64,000 bases of DNA from Candidatus Uhrbacteria bacterium RIFCSPHIGHO2_01_FULL_63_20 (GTDB lineage Bacteria; Patescibacteriota; Patescibacteriia; UBA9934; GWF2-40-263): contig MGDT01000004.1 of assembly GCA_001791045.1 (NCBI GenBank), positions 136,767 to 200,766 on the forward strand, given 5' to 3'. Made by a program: the position numbers and the translations under genes. Under the pieces are notes generated by a model. That model was not told the origin of the DNA. It worked only from the letters and a program-made list of their open reading frames with translations, and made no database searches. Below, in pieces: positions 49,255 to 59,859 of this stretch (positions are counted from its first letter, which is position 1; the number at the start of each line of letters is the position of its first letter).

Positions 49255-50544
49255 TTATTTTACCATCGTTTTGCGCAACTCTTGCACGACCTTCCGATTC
49301 TTCAAAACGGTGGTCACGTACTCGCGGTACGCCGGCGAGTACAGGCGCTTCTTCGCCTCCGCGTCCTCGTAGTTTTCGGCGAGGCGATCGAGTTCGTCGT
49401 CCACGTCCTTCTCGTCGACCGTGACCGTGAGCTGCTTCGCGAGCTCCTTCACGATGAGCGCGACCTTGATGCGGACGAGCGCCTGCGGAGCGAACTCGAG
49501 TTTCAGCTGCGCGATACCCTTCTTGATCCCCTCCAGGTACTTGTCGAAATCGAGTCCTTGGCCGGTCACGTTGTGCTCGAGCTCGTGCAACATCTTGTTC
49601 ACCTCCTCGTTCACGAGCAGGTCGGGGATGTCGTCGAAGCGCGATTCCTTCGCGATGAGCTCCAGCACCTCGCGCTCTTCGCGGCGACCCTCTTCCTCGG
49701 CGCGTTCGGCCGCGAGGTTCTCCTTGATGCGGCCGCGTAGCGTGGCGAGATCGGTCTGTCCAAGCGACTTCGCGAACGCGTCGTCGGGCGTGGGAGATTC
49801 CAGGTGATACAGCTCGTTCAACGTCACGTCGAATTCCACGTCGGATCCAGCGAGCAGTTTGGACGCGTGTTCGGCCGGGAACTTGAGCGTGAAGGTCTTC
49901 TGTTCCCCTTCCTTCATGCCAGAAACCTGTTCCTTGAACCCGGGGACGTAATAATCCTCACCGAACAGCACGATATGGTTTGGCGACTGACCGCCCTCAA
50001 CCGGCACACCGTCCTTTTTCATGTTCATGGCAACCACGGCCTTATCGGTACCGCCAGCGGCCGTCACCCCGACCGCGCGGACCTCCTTGGTTTGCATGCG
50101 GGAGAGATCCTTCAGCACCACGTCCACGTCTTTCTCCTCGACCGGCTTGCGAACGGATTTCACCGAAAGCTTCTTGTGGTCCGCGAGCTTGGTGACCGCG
50201 GGCATGCGCGCCACCTCCGCGGTGTACACGAGGTCGTTGCCAGGGGCGAGCTTCACCACGTCGATCTTGGGCGAGCCTACCGTTTCCAGATCGTTTTTGG
50301 CGAACGCCTCGAACAGCGTCGCGCGCACGACCGGTTCGAGCGCGGCTTCGTAGATCTTCATCTCACCGACGCGGTTCTTTACGATATCGAACCCGGCTTT
50401 GCCCGGACGGAACCCCGGGATGGACGTTTCCTCGGACAGCGCCGTGGCCGCCGCCCCAAGATGGGGCTGGAGCTCTTCCTGGGAAACGGTCACGGTGATC
50501 TTTACCGTGTTTTTGGGGAGGTTTTCGACCTGGATGGAAGGCAT
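49255..50544 (-). CDS. tig: trigger factor
   Basis: IPGFRPGKA signature and FKBP domain. Confidence 0.95.
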   Translation of the reverse strand: MPSIQVENLPKNTVKITVTVSQEELQPHLGAAATALSEETSIPGFRPGKAGFDIVKNRVGEMKIYEAALEPVVRATLFEAFAKNDLETVGSPKIDVVKLAPGNDLVYTAEVARMPAVTKLADHKKLSVKSVRKPVEEKDVDVVLKDLSRMQTKEVRAVGVTAAGGTDKAVVAMNMKKDGVPVEGGQSPNHIVLFGEDYYVPGFKEQVSGMKEGEQKTFTLKFPAEHASKLLAGSDVEFDVTLNELYHLESPTPDDAFAKSLGQTDLATLRGRIKENLAAERAEEEGRREEREVLELIAKESRFDDIPDLLVNEEVNKMLHELEHNVTGQGLDFDKYLEGIKKGIAQLKLEFAPQALVRIKVALIVKELAKQLTVTVDEKDVDDELDRLAENYEDAEAKKRLYSPAYREYVTTVLKNRKVVQELRKTMVK

Positions 50545-50651
50545 ATTGGGGCGAGAGTACGCGAAGAATCGCCAGAAGTCAACGGTTGACGGAAGGCCGG
50601 TTTTCCGCTAGATTGTGGTCGCGCCAGTTGAATACACGACACGGAGGAACG

Positions 50652-50884
50652 ATGGGAATACATGTGAACGGTCCGGTTTGGGTCATCCTTACCCCAGCCG
50701 GAGAAAGAATCTTCGATAACTATTGCGAAAAAAACGGGTCGTCCGTGCTGAGTTCGACGCGAAGGCGGATCCCTGGAGACAATTTCCGCTCTGGGAGCTC
50801 ATGAGCATCTTCGGTTCATACATGCACCAAGGAACGGAGCCACTATTCGAGGAGAACATGCTGTCTCTCGATGATCCCCACTGA
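50652..50884 (+). pseudogene. small gene split by a -1 frameshift at an A7 tract
   Basis: GGAGG RBS; MGIHVNGPVWVILTPAG... continues in the -1 frame as ...WRQFPLWELMSIFGSYMHQG. Confidence 0.5.
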
Positions 50885-50981
50885 CCTCGCGCACCCACAG
50901 ACGCAAGAGCGCACGGCTCTCGTCCCGGGTGCGCTTTTGTTTTCCCAAAACCAAACCCCGCCCTTTCGGGCGGGGCTGTCG

Positions 50982-51305
50982 CTAGGCGGAGAGGACGACG
51001 TGGCGTTCGATGCGGTCGAAGCGGGGGTAGGTCATGAGAAATTCCTGCTCCGCCCGCTCCAGGCGTTTTCCAAAATCCACGACCGTGCCGACGACCTCGT
51101 CCTTAAATGATCGGAGGTCGTCCTTGGTGGCGAACGTGTCCATCCGTTCCTTCACGCCGATGACTTCTACGGCAAGCATATCCACCCGTGTGTCCAGCGA
51201 ATCCAGCCGGACATTCGTGACATCCGTCTTTCGGTCGATTTCCTTGACCTTTCGATCGATGGATTCGACTTTGCTAAGAATCTGGTTAAGGACGGAATCC
51301 TCCAT
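50982..51305 (-). CDS. small coiled-coil protein (ATKxDL motif)
   Basis: Heptad pattern, FATKDDL. Confidence 0.7.
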   Translation of the reverse strand: MEDSVLNQILSKVESIDRKVKEIDRKTDVTNVRLDSLDTRVDMLAVEVIGVKERMDTFATKDDLRSFKDEVVGTVVDFGKRLERAEQEFLMTYPRFDRIERHVVLSA

Positions 51306-51437
51306 ACATTTTTATCTTACGAGTATTTGAAGCGGTTGCCAATGTGGAAACAAAACGACCTCCGCGGGGCGGGGGTCGTTATTCGATACCCGTACTCTAT
51401 CCGATTTCAGGCCGATTGTCAACCTGGTTCCTGTGGA

Positions 51438-53435
51438 TTACGCGATGAAGGCGACGATGAGGAGGGCCACGATGTTCAGGATCTTGATCATCGGGTTGAT
51501 GGCGGGCCCGGCCGTGTCCTTGTACGGGTCGCCCACGGTGTCGCCGGTCACGGCCGCCTTGTGGGCGTCGCTCCCTTTGCCGCCGTAGTTGCCCGACTCG
51601 ATGAACTTCTTGGCGTTATCCCACGCGCCGCCGCCGGTCGTCATCGAGATGGCGACGAAAAGTCCCGTCACGATGGAACCGATGAGGAGCCCCCCGAGCG
51701 CTTCCTTGCCAAGACCGAAGCCCACCACGATCGGGGCGAGCACGGCCATGAGCGACGGGAGAACCATCTTGCGGATCGCCTCCTGCGTCACGATGTCCAC
51801 GGCACGGGCATAATCCGGCTTGCCGGTGCCGTCCATGATGCCCGGGATCTCCTTGAACTGGCGACGCACTTCGGTCACCACGCTCCCCGCGGCCTGACCC
51901 ACGGCCTCCATGGCCATGGCGCCGAACAAGTAGGTGATGATGCCGCCCAAGAACAATCCGGCGATGACGCGAGGTTCCGAGAGGTCGAACGCGGAGGAGA
52001 GTCCGCGCGCTTCGATCGCGTGCACGTAGTCGCCGAACAAGACGAGGGTCGCGAGCCCGGCCGAACCGATGGCGTACGCCTTGGTCACCGCCTTGGTGGT
52101 GTTGCCCACCGCGTCGAGCGGGTCGGTCACGTCACGGACTTCTTTCGGGAGTTCGGACATCTCGGCGATGCCGCCCGCGTTGTCCGTGATCGGACCGTAC
52201 GCGTCGATCGCCACGATGATGCCCGTGAGCGAAAGCATCGCCATGGCCGCGATCGCGACGCCGTAGAGGCCGGCCTGCTGATACGCGATGAGGATGCCCA
52301 GCACGATGGTGAGCACCGGAAGCGCGGTCGACTTCATCGAGAGCGCGAGGCCCGCGATGATGTTGGTGCCGTGTCCCGACCGTGACGCCTCCGCGAGCTT
52401 CTTCACCGGAGCGTACTGGGTGCCGGTGTAGTACTCGGTGATCATGATCATGAGACCGGTGATCACGAGCCCGAGCACGGCGCACAGGAACACCGCCATC
52501 GGGTCGAGCCCGTCGATGCCGGAAAGCAGGTTCTTGGTGAGCGGATAGAATCCGACGGCAGCGAGCACGCCCGCGACCGCGAGCCCTTTGTACAGGGCGC
52601 CCATGATGTTCTTCTTGTCCGCGCCAAGCTTCACGAAGAAGGTGCCGGCCACCGAGGCGACGATCGCGACGGCGCCCAGCGCGAGCGGATAGAGCGTGGC
52701 GTTCGACGAATCCGGGAACAACAGGTGGCCAAGCACCATGGTGGCCACGGTGGTCACGGCGTAGGTCTCGAACAGGTCCGCGGCCATGCCGGCGCAGTCG
52801 CCCACGTTGTCGCCCACGTTGTCGGCGATCACGGCCGGGTTGCGCGGGTCATCTTCCGGGATGCCCGCTTCCGTTTTTCCGACGAGGTCGGCGCCCACGT
52901 CCGCGGCTTTCGTGAAGATGCCTCCGCCAAGCCTCGCGAACACGCTGATGAGCGAACCGCCGAAGCCAAGGCCGATGAGCGCATCCACGTCTCCGGTCGC
53001 GGCATAGAATCCGGCGACGCCGAGCAGCGCCAGGCCGACCACGAACAGGCCGGTCACCGATCCGCCCTTGAACGCCATGTCGAGCGCGTTCTCAAGCCCG
53101 CGCTTCGCCGCCTCGGTCGTGCGCACGTTCGCGCGCACGGACACCGACATGCCGATGTAGCCGGCCACGCCCGACAGGACGGCGCCCACCGCGAACCCGG
53201 CGGCCATGGTCCAGCCAAGCGCGAAGCCGACCACCAAGAAGATCGCGAGGCCGATCTGGGCGATCGTCTTATACTGGCGCGCCATGTAGGCGTTCGCCCC
53301 TTCCTGGATCGCGAGCGCGATCCCTTTCATCTTGCCGTCCCCGGCGGGTTGTTTGAGGATCCACTGGATCAGGAACCCTCCGTAGGCGAGCGCGATAACG
53401 GCGGAGCCCAAGGCGTACGTCACGATGCTGTTCAT
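51438..53435 (-). CDS. hppA: membrane H+-translocating pyrophosphatase, K+-independent type
   Basis: [25 protein letters not shown] (Lys variant), [10 protein letters not shown]. Confidence 0.95.
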   Translation of the reverse strand: MNSIVTYALGSAVIALAYGGFLIQWILKQPAGDGKMKGIALAIQEGANAYMARQYKTIAQIGLAIFLVVGFALGWTMAAGFAVGAVLSGVAGYIGMSVSVRANVRTTEAAKRGLENALDMAFKGGSVTGLFVVGLALLGVAGFYAATGDVDALIGLGFGGSLISVFARLGGGIFTKAADVGADLVGKTEAGIPEDDPRNPAVIADNVGDNVGDCAGMAADLFETYAVTTVATMVLGHLLFPDSSNATLYPLALGAVAIVASVAGTFFVKLGADKKNIMGALYKGLAVAGVLAAVGFYPLTKNLLSGIDGLDPMAVFLCAVLGLVITGLMIMITEYYTGTQYAPVKKLAEASRSGHGTNIIAGLALSMKSTALPVLTIVLGILIAYQQAGLYGVAIAAMAMLSLTGIIVAIDAYGPITDNAGGIAEMSELPKEVRDVTDPLDAVGNTTKAVTKAYAIGSAGLATLVLFGDYVHAIEARGLSSAFDLSEPRVIAGLFLGGIITYLFGAMAMEAVGQAAGSVVTEVRRQFKEIPGIMDGTGKPDYARAVDIVTQEAIRKMVLPSLMAVLAPIVVGFGLGKEALGGLLIGSIVTGLFVAISMTTGGGAWDNAKKFIESGNYGGKGSDAHKAAVTGDTVGDPYKDTAGPAINPMIKILNIVALLIVAFIA

Positions 53436-53511
53436 AAGCCGGAATTGGCCAAAAATCCCTTAAGACGCTGTAATACTAAGCGTACGTCTTCTCCGGTGTC
53501 AAAGGCCGCCT

Positions 53512-54123
53512 ATGGTCCGCAACCCCACCTTTCTGGCGGAGCGTGAGCTCATGGAGCGGGGATTTCGCGCCATCGCCGGGGTGGATGAGGCGGGGACCGG
53601 GGCGCTCGCGGGCCCCGTGGTGGCCGCCGCGGTCATCTTCCCGCTCGACTCGAGGATCGGGAAGGTGCGCGACAGCAAGCTGCTCGCCGAAGGAGCGCGC
53701 GAGGACCTGTACGACATGGTGATCGAACGCGCCGCCGCGCACGCGGTCGGAATCGTCTCGGTGGTGGAGATCGAAGGGATGGGACTTCGCCGCGCCACGC
53801 TCCTTGCCATGCGCCGCGCGGTCGAGTCCATCGCGTCGGTGGATTACGTGCTCGTGGACGCTTGGACCATCCCAGGCCTCGCGACGCCGCAGCACGGCAT
53901 CATCCACGGCGACCGGTTGGTCAAGTCCATCGCCGCGGCATCCATCGTGGCCAAGGTGACTCGCGACCGGCTCATGCGCGAGCTGTCGCAAGCGTACCCG
54001 GCGTATGGGTTCGACATCCATAAAGGATACGCAACGGCCGAACACCGTTGTGCGATACAAAGACATGGCCCCTGTCCGGCCCACCGGCTCTCGTACAAGA
54101 CCTTTCATCCTCCCATCACCTAA
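53512..54123 (+). CDS. rnhB: ribonuclease HII
   Basis: AGVDEAG.G.LAGPV, DSK, SIAAASIVAKV.RD, HKGY. Confidence 0.95.
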   Translation: MVRNPTFLAERELMERGFRAIAGVDEAGTGALAGPVVAAAVIFPLDSRIGKVRDSKLLAEGAREDLYDMVIERAAAHAVGIVSVVEIEGMGLRRATLLAMRRAVESIASVDYVLVDAWTIPGLATPQHGIIHGDRLVKSIAAASIVAKVTRDRLMRELSQAYPAYGFDIHKGYATAEHRCAIQRHGPCPAHRLSYKTFHPPIT

Positions 54124-54249
54124 AAATGGCTTGACTCAGCCGAATATCGACCCAAAACCATTGACCGATTCCCCCCGTTTTGCTACCATCCTGCCACCTG
54201 ATAAGCGGGTAACCCCTCCTTTATCAAGCTCGCGATCAAGCAATGGTTC

Positions 54250-55566
54250 GTGCGTGCGGCCCTCGGGATCCTGTACGGGCTCATCCGAGCGAAGCGCATC
54301 CTCGCCCCAGTGGGGCGAGTCCTCATCACGCCCCTGCGCTCCGCAGGGCGTTTTGCGTTGAAGGTGATCGGCGTGCCCGCGTACCGCGCGGTGTTCTTCG
54401 TGAAGCGGCAGATCGGGCGCGTGCTCCTCCCGGCGAAGAACCGCGCCACGTATCTGGTGTCGAACCGCTATGCCATCCACGTGGCGGTGGCGGCCGTCGC
54501 GGCCGTGGCCGGCACGGCGAACGTGAGCGGCGGCGAAGTGCGTGCCGAGACGTTCGGCACCGAAAGCATGCTCTACGCGCTCGTCGTTCAGGACGACTCG
54601 GCGTCCGTCGAGGTGGTCTCCGCGGCCGCGAATCCCTCCTTGAACAACATTTCCTATTTCGAGGAGGACGGGACCATCGATCCGCGCGCTCACCTCGACT
54701 TCCACTCCCTCGACCAGGATTACGTGACCACCACCGTGGGCGGGAGCGCGGTTTCCTCCCCCACCATCCACGAGGGGGGCGATTCCGTGGCTCCGCGCAC
54801 GAACGTCGAGTCCTACCAGGTGGCCGACGGGGACACCTTGTACGGCATCTCCGACCGGTTCGGGCTGTCGCTTTCCTCCATGTTGTGGGCCAACAACATG
54901 ACGGTGCGAAGCGTCATCCGTCCGGGACAGACGCTCAAGATCCCGCCGGTGGACGGGGTGCTCTACGTGATCAAGAAAGGGGACACCCTGTCGAAGATCG
55001 CCAAGACCTACGGCGCCGATCAGGAACGCATCATCTCGTTCAACCGCCTCTCGGATAGCGACGATCTCACGGTGGGAGAACAGATCGTCCTTCCGGACGG
55101 CGAACCGCCCACGCCGGTCGCGGTCAGCCGCCCGGCGCCCGTGAGCCAGCTGTTCAGCGACAAACCCGGGAGCACGACCTCCTCTTCGCGCGGGTCGGCG
55201 ACCGGCAAGGGGAATTGGAAATGGCCCACCGACTGGCGCGTGATCACCCAGTACTTCGGCTGGAAGCACACGGGCATCGACGTCGACGGCGACTACACCA
55301 CGCACAGCTATGCCGCATCCGACGGCGTGGTCATCTACTCGGGTTGGCGCAACGGGTACGGCTACACGGTGGAAGTGGAACACGGCAACGGCCTGGTCAC
55401 CCGCTACGGGCATCACTCGAAGCTGTACGTGAAGGCCGGGGACGCGGTGAAGATGGGCGACCTGCTCGCCCAGACCGGCACCACCGGCCGTTCGACCGGC
55501 ACGCACTTGCACTTCGAGGTGATCAAGAACGGCAAGTTCCAAAACCCGCTCGACTACGTGCGATAA
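54250..55566 (+). CDS. LysM/M23 peptidase
   Basis: Two LysM domains, HTGID, HLHFE; start codon uncertain. Confidence 0.9.
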   Translation: MRAALGILYGLIRAKRILAPVGRVLITPLRSAGRFALKVIGVPAYRAVFFVKRQIGRVLLPAKNRATYLVSNRYAIHVAVAAVAAVAGTANVSGGEVRAETFGTESMLYALVVQDDSASVEVVSAAANPSLNNISYFEEDGTIDPRAHLDFHSLDQDYVTTTVGGSAVSSPTIHEGGDSVAPRTNVESYQVADGDTLYGISDRFGLSLSSMLWANNMTVRSVIRPGQTLKIPPVDGVLYVIKKGDTLSKIAKTYGADQERIISFNRLSDSDDLTVGEQIVLPDGEPPTPVAVSRPAPVSQLFSDKPGSTTSSSRGSATGKGNWKWPTDWRVITQYFGWKHTGIDVDGDYTTHSYAASDGVVIYSGWRNGYGYTVEVEHGNGLVTRYGHHSKLYVKAGDAVKMGDLLAQTGTTGRSTGTHLHFEVIKNGKFQNPLDYVR

Positions 55567-55631
55567 AAAGACGTGGGGCAAGAAACCCACGTCTTTCGCG
55601 TTTTTTCTCTTAGAGGTAGGGTCGATATGGT

Positions 55632-56136
55632 ATGAGATCGGAAACAAAGAGGCAGAGGAGCTGCTCCGGTCCCGTATTTCCATGCACGGAGAGGTTCGGA
55701 CGCTCCGGCATACGCGCATTCATTCCATGTCCGCGATCGTTTGAGGCAGCTGGGATTTTCCGAGGAGACGTGTCTTGCCGGGTTGCTGTACGATATCATC
55801 GAGGACGGGAACACGACGTTCGACGAGCTGCGCGATTCGGGGTTTTCCCCACGAGTCATCGAGCTCGTGGGTTTGTGCACGGAGGACGAGACCGTCGACG
55901 AGAAGGAGGCGCGCTGGCTAAGGATGGTCGCGCGTCTTTCGGACGCAAATGATCCCGATGCGTGGGTAATCAAACTGGTCGACATCACGGATAACCTAAA
56001 AGACGCGGCGACCATGACTCCTGAACGCGCAAAATACAATTTCGAAACCAAACGCCCGCTCCTGCTTGCCCTTACGCGTCCTCTCCTGGGTGATTCTGAA
56101 ATTTGGAAAGAACTCGAATCGATGCGTCTTCAGTAA
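55632..56136 (+). pseudogene. HD_4 (RelA/SpoT-hydrolase-like) gene, apparently frameshifted at the 5' end, with HD changed to YD
   Basis: RRGSDAPAYAHS...AGLLYDIIED, IKLVDITDNL; no in-frame ATG covers the N-terminus. Confidence 0.55.
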
Positions 56137-56146
56137 ACCCGGCCAG

Positions 56147-56458
56147 TCAGGCCAGTTTTTCTAATCGATTGAGTCGTTCCTCGTGCCTCTGTTGGCCGCC
56201 ACGCAACGCGTCGAGCTCGATGTCGAATGCGTCGACGCGCTTTCCGAATCCGTCGATCGAGATGAGGATTCGGTCTTCCATCTCGCGGAGATCCTTCTTG
56301 GTCGCGGATGTCTCAAGGCGTTCGTTCATGCCCGCGACCGTGATTGCCAGCAAATCAAACCGCCCATCGAGCGAGTCGAGTCGCCCGTCCATCGAGTCGA
56401 ACCGACGGTCCATGTCGGTGATTTTCCGGAGAATGAGGTCAAGGGTGGCTTGAGACAT
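56147..56458 (-). CDS. small coiled-coil protein (ATKxDL motif)
   Basis: DRRFDSMDGRLDSLDGRFD, ATKKDL. Confidence 0.7.
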   Translation of the reverse strand: MSQATLDLILRKITDMDRRFDSMDGRLDSLDGRFDLLAITVAGMNERLETSATKKDLREMEDRILISIDGFGKRVDAFDIELDALRGGQQRHEERLNRLEKLA

Positions 56459-56578
56459 ATCCTTTCGGTTAATTATATACCAGGGCGCGTATGGCGGAAA
56501 CGTATTCGAACTGTAAGACCAAGGTCGACGAGTGGAACGAGCCGCGCAACGGCTGCTGGTTCACGCCGGTCCACCACG

Positions 56579-56607
56579 GAAGGCGTCGCCTTCGAAGGCC
56601 TCGCCTT
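56579..56607. repeat. REP-like palindrome, left flank of RAYT
   Basis: GAAGGCGTCGCCTTCGAAGGCCTCGCCTT. Confidence 0.7.
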
Positions 56608-57208
56608 AGTCCTGAAACGGGAATGATGCGATTCTATTTGATTTCATTACCTTGATTTGACGCTGAGCGAATACGTCATAATCCATCCCTCCTTCAAACT
56701 GACGAAGAACGAGGTCGTCATTGAAGATCGAGGCTCTTGACGGCGATAGGTATTCCGGATAACTGCTCCATGGATAGAGCCGCGCATCCTTTGTTATCCC
56801 GTGAAGCTCGGCGTTCCCATTTACATAGTTCGTCACCCAAGTGAGATACGGATCTGAATCAACGTGAGACGATCGGAACGGACCTTGAAATAAGGTTCCA
56901 GAACGACGATGTCTTTTGTTGAAGTACATGGTGTACGAGGTGCAGAGCTGTTGAAAAAAACGAGAGATATCTACCTTTGCCGTCTGTTGGACGACGAAGT
57001 GGAAATGGTTTGGATTCAGGCAGAACGCAACGATGCGCAGGTTCCGAGACGACCCAGTCATGCGCCATGTCGATCCGTATTTTCGGATTCGGCGTAATGC
57101 ACCAAGAAATTTTTGATAATCCGTTTCGTCTAGGAAGACATTTCTACGATCGTTTCCGCGATTGTAGACGTGATAGTATTCACCGATAGAAAACGGCTGG
57201 CGTTCCAT
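56606..57208 (-). CDS. REP-associated tyrosine transposase (RAYT, IS200/Y1 HUH family)
   Basis: YHVYNRG, FCLNPNHFHF (HUH), LFQGPF, YVNGN, YPWSSY; lower GC. Confidence 0.88.
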   Translation of the reverse strand: MERQPFSIGEYYHVYNRGNDRRNVFLDETDYQKFLGALRRIRKYGSTWRMTGSSRNLRIVAFCLNPNHFHFVVQQTAKVDISRFFQQLCTSYTMYFNKRHRRSGTLFQGPFRSSHVDSDPYLTWVTNYVNGNAELHGITKDARLYPWSSYPEYLSPSRASIFNDDLVLRQFEGGMDYDVFAQRQIKVMKSNRIASFPFQD

Positions 57209-57227
57209 AGCATTGTTGTAGGCGCGT

Positions 57228-57254
57228 GGGCGAGGCCTTCAAAGGCCTCGCCTT
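57228..57254. repeat. REP-like palindrome, right flank of RAYT
   Basis: GGGCGAGGCCTTCAAAGGCCTCGCCTT. Confidence 0.7.
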
Positions 57255-57277
57255 CTTGTGTACATAACGCATTGTGA

Positions 57278-58783
57278 CTACGTCGGGAGTCGGTATTGCA
57301 GCGCTTCGGCCACGTGGGCCGTGAGGATCTGGTCGGTTCCGGCCAAATCCGCGATGGTTCGGGCCACTTTTCGCACCCGGGCGAGGCCACGGGCGGATAA
57401 ACGGCCTGCGGAAACGGCCGTTTCAAGGATGTTTCGGCCTTTTTCATCCACGTTGCACCAGGAATCCACGCGCGAAGGGGGGATTTCGGCGTTCGTGAGC
57501 ACGCGAGTGCCCTCGAAGCGGATACGCTGCCGCGCCCGCGCCTGGGCGACACGATCCCGCACCACGTCGGAGCGTTCCGGTTTCGCTTCCTCGAACAGTT
57601 TGGACGGTTCCAGGTTCGGCACGTCAATCACCAGGTCGATCCGGTCCATGAGGGGCCCCGACATTTTCTTTTGATAGCCGTCACGCAGTCGCGCGCTGCA
57701 GGTGCACCCGCGTTTGGGATCGTCGGCGTATCCGCATGGGCACGGGTTCATCGCGGCCGCGAGCATGAAGCGCGACGGGAAACGGATGGCGCCGCTCGCG
57801 CGGGCGACCGTCACATGCCCATCCTCGAGCGGCTGGCGCAAATGCTCGAGCGCGTGGCGCGGGAATTCGGGGAGCTCGTCCAAGAACAACACGCCGCGAT
57901 GCGCGAGGGTGACTTCCCCCGGTCGAGGGCTCGTGCCTCCGCCCACGAGCGCCACGGCGGAGGCGCTGTGATGCGGGGAACGGAACGGCCGTTGCCGGAG
58001 GAGCGATCGCGACGCGAGCGTGCCTGCCACCGACGCGATCGTGGACACTTCGATCGACTCCTCGCGCGAGAGCGGAGGAAGGATGGTGGGAAGCGATCTC
58101 GCGAGCATCGTTTTCCCGGTGCCAGGCGGTCCCTTGAGCAAAACATTGTGCCAGCCCGCAGCCGCGATTTCCATGCCTCTTTTCGCGTATTCTTGTCCAT
58201 GGATGTCGCACAAATCGATCTCGCTCGCGAACGATGGTTGTGCAGGCTCGGCGGGGACCGCGCGCTCGAGAGGGCGCGTGCCGCGCAGATGTTCGACGAG
58301 GTCCGTGAGCGAGCGGACGCCGAAAGCCTCGATGCCGTCCACGAGCGCCGCCTCGGGCGCATTGGGTTCCGGCACGAACACGCGAGCGAAACTTTTTTCC
58401 GCGGCCATCCGCGCGGCGGCGAGCACGCCGTTCACCGCCCGCACCGATCCGTCGAGCGCCAACTCTCCCACGATGACCGCGCCGTCGATCGCCGCGGCCG
58501 GGATGTCCCCGCTCGCGACCAGGATCGCGCAGGCGACCGGCAGATCGAACACCGGCCCCTGTTTCTTCACGTCCGCCGGCGCGAGGTTCACGGTGATGCG
58601 CGTGCGCGGGAACGGAAGCCCCGCGTGTTTCATCGCCGCGCGGATGCGTTCGCGCGATTCCTTCACGGTCGCGTCGGGGAGCCCGACGATGTTGAACGCC
58701 CCGAGGCCGAAGGAGATGTCCGTCTCGACCGTGACGGGGAGCGCGTCGATGCCGACGATGGTGGCTGACGTGACATGGAACAT
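57278..58783 (-). CDS. comM: ComM/YifB Mg-chelatase-like AAA+ ATPase
   Basis: IVGLPD..VKESRER, GPPGTGKTM, PFRSPHH, AHRGVLFLDE, AMNPCPCG; promoter TTGACA-17-TATTCT at 58910-58938. Confidence 0.95.
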   Translation of the reverse strand: MFHVTSATIVGIDALPVTVETDISFGLGAFNIVGLPDATVKESRERIRAAMKHAGLPFPRTRITVNLAPADVKKQGPVFDLPVACAILVASGDIPAAAIDGAVIVGELALDGSVRAVNGVLAAARMAAEKSFARVFVPEPNAPEAALVDGIEAFGVRSLTDLVEHLRGTRPLERAVPAEPAQPSFASEIDLCDIHGQEYAKRGMEIAAAGWHNVLLKGPPGTGKTMLARSLPTILPPLSREESIEVSTIASVAGTLASRSLLRQRPFRSPHHSASAVALVGGGTSPRPGEVTLAHRGVLFLDELPEFPRHALEHLRQPLEDGHVTVARASGAIRFPSRFMLAAAMNPCPCGYADDPKRGCTCSARLRDGYQKKMSGPLMDRIDLVIDVPNLEPSKLFEEAKPERSDVVRDRVAQARARQRIRFEGTRVLTNAEIPPSRVDSWCNVDEKGRNILETAVSAGRLSARGLARVRKVARTIADLAGTDQILTAHVAEALQYRLPT

Positions 58784-58905
58784 ATATGACTTCGTCATAT
58801 TGCGTTCGTTCGCTCGGGAATGTTCAGAACTGAACATTCCGTTCGCTCACTCACGCATGGAAAAAGAAAAGACCCCGCATTGGGCGGGGTCGTTCATCTC
58901 GTTGG

Positions 58906-59391
58906 TTATAGAATACCCGACTCTGGACGCTTTGTCAACGGGGGTGTGGATAGTTTTTCGAGCTTCCCGGAGAACAATAGGCCGACGACCCCGGCGATGA
59001 TGATGCCGTCGCACAGATTGACCGCGAGACGTCCCGAAATCATCAGGTAATCCACCGTAAACCCGTACGCTACGCGGTCATAGAGGTTTCCAAGCGCTCC
59101 GAGCACTACCATGAGCGCGAACACCGACGCATTCGGACGGCTGTAGCGTGAGGTCCAGGCCAAACGGATCAAAAAGGCTCCGATGAACAAAGAAATCGCG
59201 ATGATGAGGGGCATCTTGAACGGGAGATCGAAGGCAATCCCCGGGTTTTTATGGATGATAAGCGCCAAAAGGCCGGCAGGGACGGTCCCCTCGGCCGGGA
59301 GATGGACGAGCGCCCATGATTTGAACCACTCATCCGCGAGGACAACAGCGCTGACCCCCAGCAAAATAAGCGTTCGGTACGTGTTTATCAC
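58906..59391 (-). CDS. lspA: signal peptidase II
   Basis: D...K, NPGIAF, GALGNLYDR, VDY, NLCD. Confidence 0.88.
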   Translation of the reverse strand: MINTYRTLILLGVSAVVLADEWFKSWALVHLPAEGTVPAGLLALIIHKNPGIAFDLPFKMPLIIAISLFIGAFLIRLAWTSRYSRPNASVFALMVVLGALGNLYDRVAYGFTVDYLMISGRLAVNLCDGIIIAGVVGLLFSGKLEKLSTPPLTKRPESGIL

Positions 59392-59762
59392 ACCTCCTGC
59401 GTGAGGGTTTTCTTGCACTGGATACAGCTCGTGGAGGTCGGACGGGCGATCAGCCGGCGTTCATCGATAGGCTGCCTGCAGTACTTGCAGATCCCATACG
59501 CCCCTTTTTCTATCAATTTCAGCGCCCCTTCGACATCACGCAGCGCCTTCACAAGCTCATCCTCCAGGGACAAATTGTCGCTGAATTGAGCCACTTCCGA
59601 GGCATTTTCATCTTCCTTATCCCCACTGTTCGGGAAATCGGCCTGGTATTCCGCCTGTGTCGCCTTCGGGTTTCGATGTGAAAAATGATTCAGTTCCCGC
59701 TCCAAGCGAGCCTTTTCCTCCACCAGCAGCGCCTTCATTTTGTCGATCAGTGCGGAGTCCAT
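59388..59762 (-). CDS. DksA/TraR C4 zinc-finger protein
   Basis: Coiled coil, YGICKYC...RL.ARP....CIQC. Confidence 0.9.
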   Translation of the reverse strand: MDSALIDKMKALLVEEKARLERELNHFSHRNPKATQAEYQADFPNSGDKEDENASEVAQFSDNLSLEDELVKALRDVEGALKLIEKGAYGICKYCRQPIDERRLIARPTSTSCIQCKKTLTQEV

Positions 59763-59859
59763 AGGCGTTTTTAGCGATTTTCAGTAAAATAACACCCTTT
59801 TTGGGTGTTGTAAACCGGTTTTTGGAAAAAGAAAGAGGGCGTAAGCCCTATGATAAATA

